From: Lytechinus pictus
Lineage: Eukaryota
Direction of reading: 5' to 3'
NCBI RefSeq assembly: GCF_037042905.1
Contig: NC_087255.1
Location: 22,630,001-22,694,000, forward strand
Length of the DNA: 64,000 nt
How positions within the stretch are numbered: the stretch's first letter is position 1; each line of letters begins with the position of its first letter. Of this stretch, positions 60,200 to 64,000 are shown in pieces. The position numbers and the translations under genes were made by a program. The notes beneath the pieces were generated by a model. It was not told the origin of the DNA, searched no databases, and saw nothing but the letters and a program-made list of their open reading frames with translations.

Positions 60200-60510
60200 T
60201 TAATAATAATACTATTCCGCATTTAATGTATATAGCGCTTCCCGGTCATCGGATCCTTGCATGCCCGCATACAATGTACATGTATGCACCCCTGGGGAGT
60301 ATTCCAACAAGAGTTCCAAGACTTGATTGCTAGGCATACTACATAGGCCTATAGGCTTTTGCATCCTACGGGGTACCCATTTAACACCTGGGTGGAGAGT
60401 GGCAAAATGGATTAACGCCTAGCCAAAGGACGCTAGGCCATGGTGGGATTTGAACACACGACCCTCTGATTACAAGGCGAGAGTCAGAATTGCTACACCA
60501 CGATGCTTCC
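60200..60510 (-). mobile_element. tRNA-derived SINE with L2-like tail
   Basis: Minus strand has a B box-like GTGTTCAAATCCC, core CTCCACCCAGGTGTTAAATGGGTACCC, and tail AAGCGCTATATA plus (ATT)n. Confidence 0.8.
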
Positions 60511-60925
60511 ACTATAATGTACAAATACATCTTGAATTCGAACCAGGCCAGACCAGAAATTTTCAGCAATTCCTTGTTACGTTCGTGCCAACTGAAATGG
60601 CCAAGTGATATTTCAGACTGGTCTCCAGTAGGTGGACAAGTTGCGAAGGGTATCCCATATATTTAGGTTATCAGTTTATGTTATTACTGTTGCACTTATA
60701 TGTCAGCACATTGAGAAATTGAACATTTGTGGTATAAAATGACAATCGAAACCATGTCTGGGGAGGATTTTGAAGGCCACATTTGCCCACATTTCTTGGT
60801 AAAGGAATTGTTAAGTTGTTGTGTCTAGTCATGATATGAGATGAGGTAGGCTAATAGTAGGTAGATTGCACTTGGTTTATTCTGTATCATGTAGTTTGAT
60901 TAGACCAACATAGTAGACTTGTTAA

Positions 60926-63900
60926 GAGGTTGAACGCTGCATTTTTGAGTACAAATGTCCCACTTGGCACAAATGTTCCTTGAGTCAAAAGAAAAAGATT
61001 CATCCAAAGAGACACGCTGTATCTATGCAAATAAGCAAGTAATTTGCATAAATTTGCATATTATGTCGATATAGTAAAAACAAGTATTTCAGAATATATA
61101 TTTAACCAGAACTGCCCTAAAATTGGAAATAAAGACTTAGGGTAAGAAAGGGAAGAAAATTGTCATAAAATAATTGGGATATCCTTGTTTATTATTACCT
61201 AATTTACATAAATTATGCAAATTATAATTTAAAACAGAGTATTTTTTCATGAATCCTGAACTGCTTTTAAAAAACAGCAACTAATACACAATGTCAACAT
61301 TCTACATGAAAGAGAATATATTAGCGAAAACATCGATATGCTTCATGACAGTATTAGTGTCTTAATTTGCTTAGAAAGAGGGCAAATATGTCAAAATGTA
61401 TGACGTGATATTGCGCTAAAACGAGACCAAAACAACCTCTATGTCACAGTCACACTCACGAATCGGACAATAAAGCGATCAATGGTATGTCATTCGAGAT
61501 AACACAATCTCAACACAATAGCTTCCATCGGCTTCTCGTATCGCTTTTGTTGGTGTGTCTGCCACACCGTAATCTATGATACATACGGACAAAATGCATT
61601 TCGGTATCGGTAAAACACTATTAATTTTGTTTTATTTGTTTCTAATTTGATTCTCTTGGAAAATTTACAGGAGACATTGCTTTGCAGGTTACTGCTTTGA
61701 TTAAACTCTGGCACATGAATCATGACGAATGTATCCTACCTCAATCCATATTTTAACTTTATTAAAATATATATCTTTTTGGAGACCCCGAGGTGGCAAA
61801 ACTGCATCCCCCTGCATTCCCGCCACTTTACAAAACCAGTTTGACTTGTATAATCGACTTGGAAAAGACAGATGTATGAGACATCAGTCAACATGTTTCC
61901 TGAAGAAATTTTTGTTTTGTTTATTTAAGCCTACGCCCACGGGAGCCCTCCGAATTTACCCCATCCCCTCTCCGTATTTCGACTAGGATACCCTCTCCCT
62001 TTTTGGTTTTATGTATTCAAAAATAGTTTATTGTCTTTAGAACTCTTAAAAGATTACTTTTGTTTGTATTGATATCTTGGAATAGATTGAGGAGAAAATA
62101 CTCTACAACTGACATGTAGAAGAGCTGTGGTACATTGAAGAACAGCCACACAGCCCTTTATTGATTCCACTCTATGTTAAATTTAAATATTTTTAGAGCC
62201 CAATCGGAAGAAAGATGCATTTCTACTACACAAAGTAAAGCCTCTTTGCATTCTCCTCTTGAAAAAAAAACCAAACAAACATATTATATCTCATAAAATA
62301 AGTTCGTGTACGTGACGGTGGCCTGTCGAAGTTGCCCAACCCTTTATTTTGTTTTGACAATATATATTTAGAATATCGTCTAAATGAAACCCTCATCTGG
62401 AAAAGGGCACTTATTAAAGGCAGCATCTACATTATATAGAGGAGGCCCTGGCACTGGGAAGAGGGGGCTGAAGCTTGTTAAATTTCTTCGGACCAAAATT
62501 TTACGTTGAAACTTTTTTGCTTTTCAAATTTACATCAAGAAATTTAACAAGCAAATAAACAAAATGGATTGCACTACAAAATTAAGGTTTTTTTTTTTGG
62601 TAACGTTTCTTTTTTTCGTTTTGTCACATCTGCCAGAATTCCAGGGGGTGCTGTCTATGGAGAATAACACACGCAGCACAGCCCCCCCCCTTCAGAAAAA
62701 TCTTGCGGGTGCTTCAGCCCCGTCATGTACACAAACTTATTTTATGCGATATAAAACAATGCCTTCTTTGTTTTTTTTTTCAAGAGGAGAAAGTAAAGAG
62801 GCTTTACTGTGTGTAGTAGAAATGTATCTTTCTTCCGAATGGACTCTAAAAATATTTAAATTTAACATAGAGTGGAATCAATAAAGGGGTATTTTAGAGC
62901 TTACGTGTGGCTTTTCTTCAATGTACCACAGCTCTTCTACATGTCAATTGTGGAGTATTTTCACCTCAATCTATTCCAAGATATGAGTTCTAAAGACAAT
63001 AAACTATTTTTGAATACATAAAACCAAAAGAGGAAAGGGTATCCTAGGCATGCTCCTGTTGGGTTATAGCCTTTACTGTGCTAGAGCATTATTACAAACT
63101 GCAAAACAACAACAATAATAATAATAATAACAATAATAATAATAATAATAATAATATTAATGATAATAATAATATTAATATAGATAAATATGAAATATAG
63201 ATATAACAGTTACTTTATTATACCAAAAACGCAATTTGCCTTGCCGGTGGCTTTAAAACACGATATTTTTTTTATTTAGTGTCGAAATACAGAGAGGGGA
63301 TGGGGTAAATTCGGAGGGCTCCCATGGACGTAGGCTTAAACAAAAAAATCTATCTTCTGGAAACATGTTAACTGATGTCTCATACATCTGTCTTTTCCAA
63401 GTCGATAATACAAGTCAAACTGGTTTTGTAAAGTAGCGGGAATGCCGCGGGGAATGCAGTTTTTTTGCCACTTCGGGGTCTCCCAAAGATATATATTTTA
63501 ATAAAGTTAAAATATGGATTGAGGTGGGGTACATTCGTCATGATTCATGTGCCAGAGCTTCATGAAAGCAGCAACCTGCAAAGCAATGTCTCCTGTAAAT
63601 TTTCCAAGAGAAACAAATTAGAAACAAATAAAACAAAATTAATAGTGTTTTACCGAATCGGATACCGAAATGCATTTAGCCCGTATATACCATAGATTAC
63701 GGTGTGGCAGACACACCAACAAAAGCGATACGAGAAGCCGATGGAAGCTATTGTGTTGAGATTGTGTTATCTCGAATGACATACCATTGATCGCTTTATT
63801 GTCCGATTCGTGAGTGTGACTGTGACATAGAGGTTGTTTTGGTCTCGTTTTAGCGCAATATCACGTCATACATTTTGACATATTTGCCCTCTTTCTAAGC

Positions 63901-64000
63901 AAATTAAGACACTAATACTGTCATGAAGCATATCGATGTTTACGCTAATATATTCTCTTCCATGTAGAATGTTGACATTGTGTATTAATTGCTGTTATTT
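60926..64000. mobile_element. Sola3-like foldback element with very long TIRs (right end outside window)
   Basis: Left terminus TTAA|GAGGTTG. 61269-62322 is inverted at 62717-64000, with a ~0.4-kb spacer. A ~230-bp (AAT)n-containing segment is present only in the right arm (63048-63281). No ORF. Confidence 0.75.

Noticed and set aside
38680-64000. Downstream syd-1 C2/RhoGAP exons
   Set aside because: No ORF-track segment resembles these domains. Exons under 60 codons could have been missed.

Overview
AT-rich, intron-rich animal genomic DNA. The repeat types suggest an invertebrate deuterostome, probably a sea urchin (inference). Four host genes are present: (1) the terminal coding exon of a 10-finger C2H2 zinc-finger gene (<1-1559, +); (2) a complete 8-exon ZRANB2 splicing-factor gene (8785-17020, +, 331 aa); (3) MRPL55 (-, coding exons 27993-27772 and 26213-26055, 126 aa); (4) the first coding exon of a PDZ-containing SYD-1/RhoGAP100F gene (37030-38518, +), whose next intron appears to run past the window end. 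The rest is mostly transposon-derived: an uninterrupted RLE-type (Hero/NeSL/R2-group) non-LTR retrotransposon ORF, four Helentron-like HINE copies, tRNA-derived SINEs, an L2 fragment, many MITEs (TTAA/Kolobok-like, hAT, Tc1/mariner, CWG-flanked, CMC-like) and a Sola3-like foldback with arms over 1 kb. There are two assembly gaps. The most notable observations are: a candidate ZRANB2 autoregulatory architecture (a poison exon, a hairpin over the last 5' splice site, and a downstream exon followed by four AGGUA motifs); a strong excess of TACATGTA/TAGGCCTA octamers that paralog comparison shows to be insertions at TA sites (likely excision footprints); and a 251-bp perfectly identical tract inside otherwise diverged foldback arms. 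All coordinates and counts were derived by eye.
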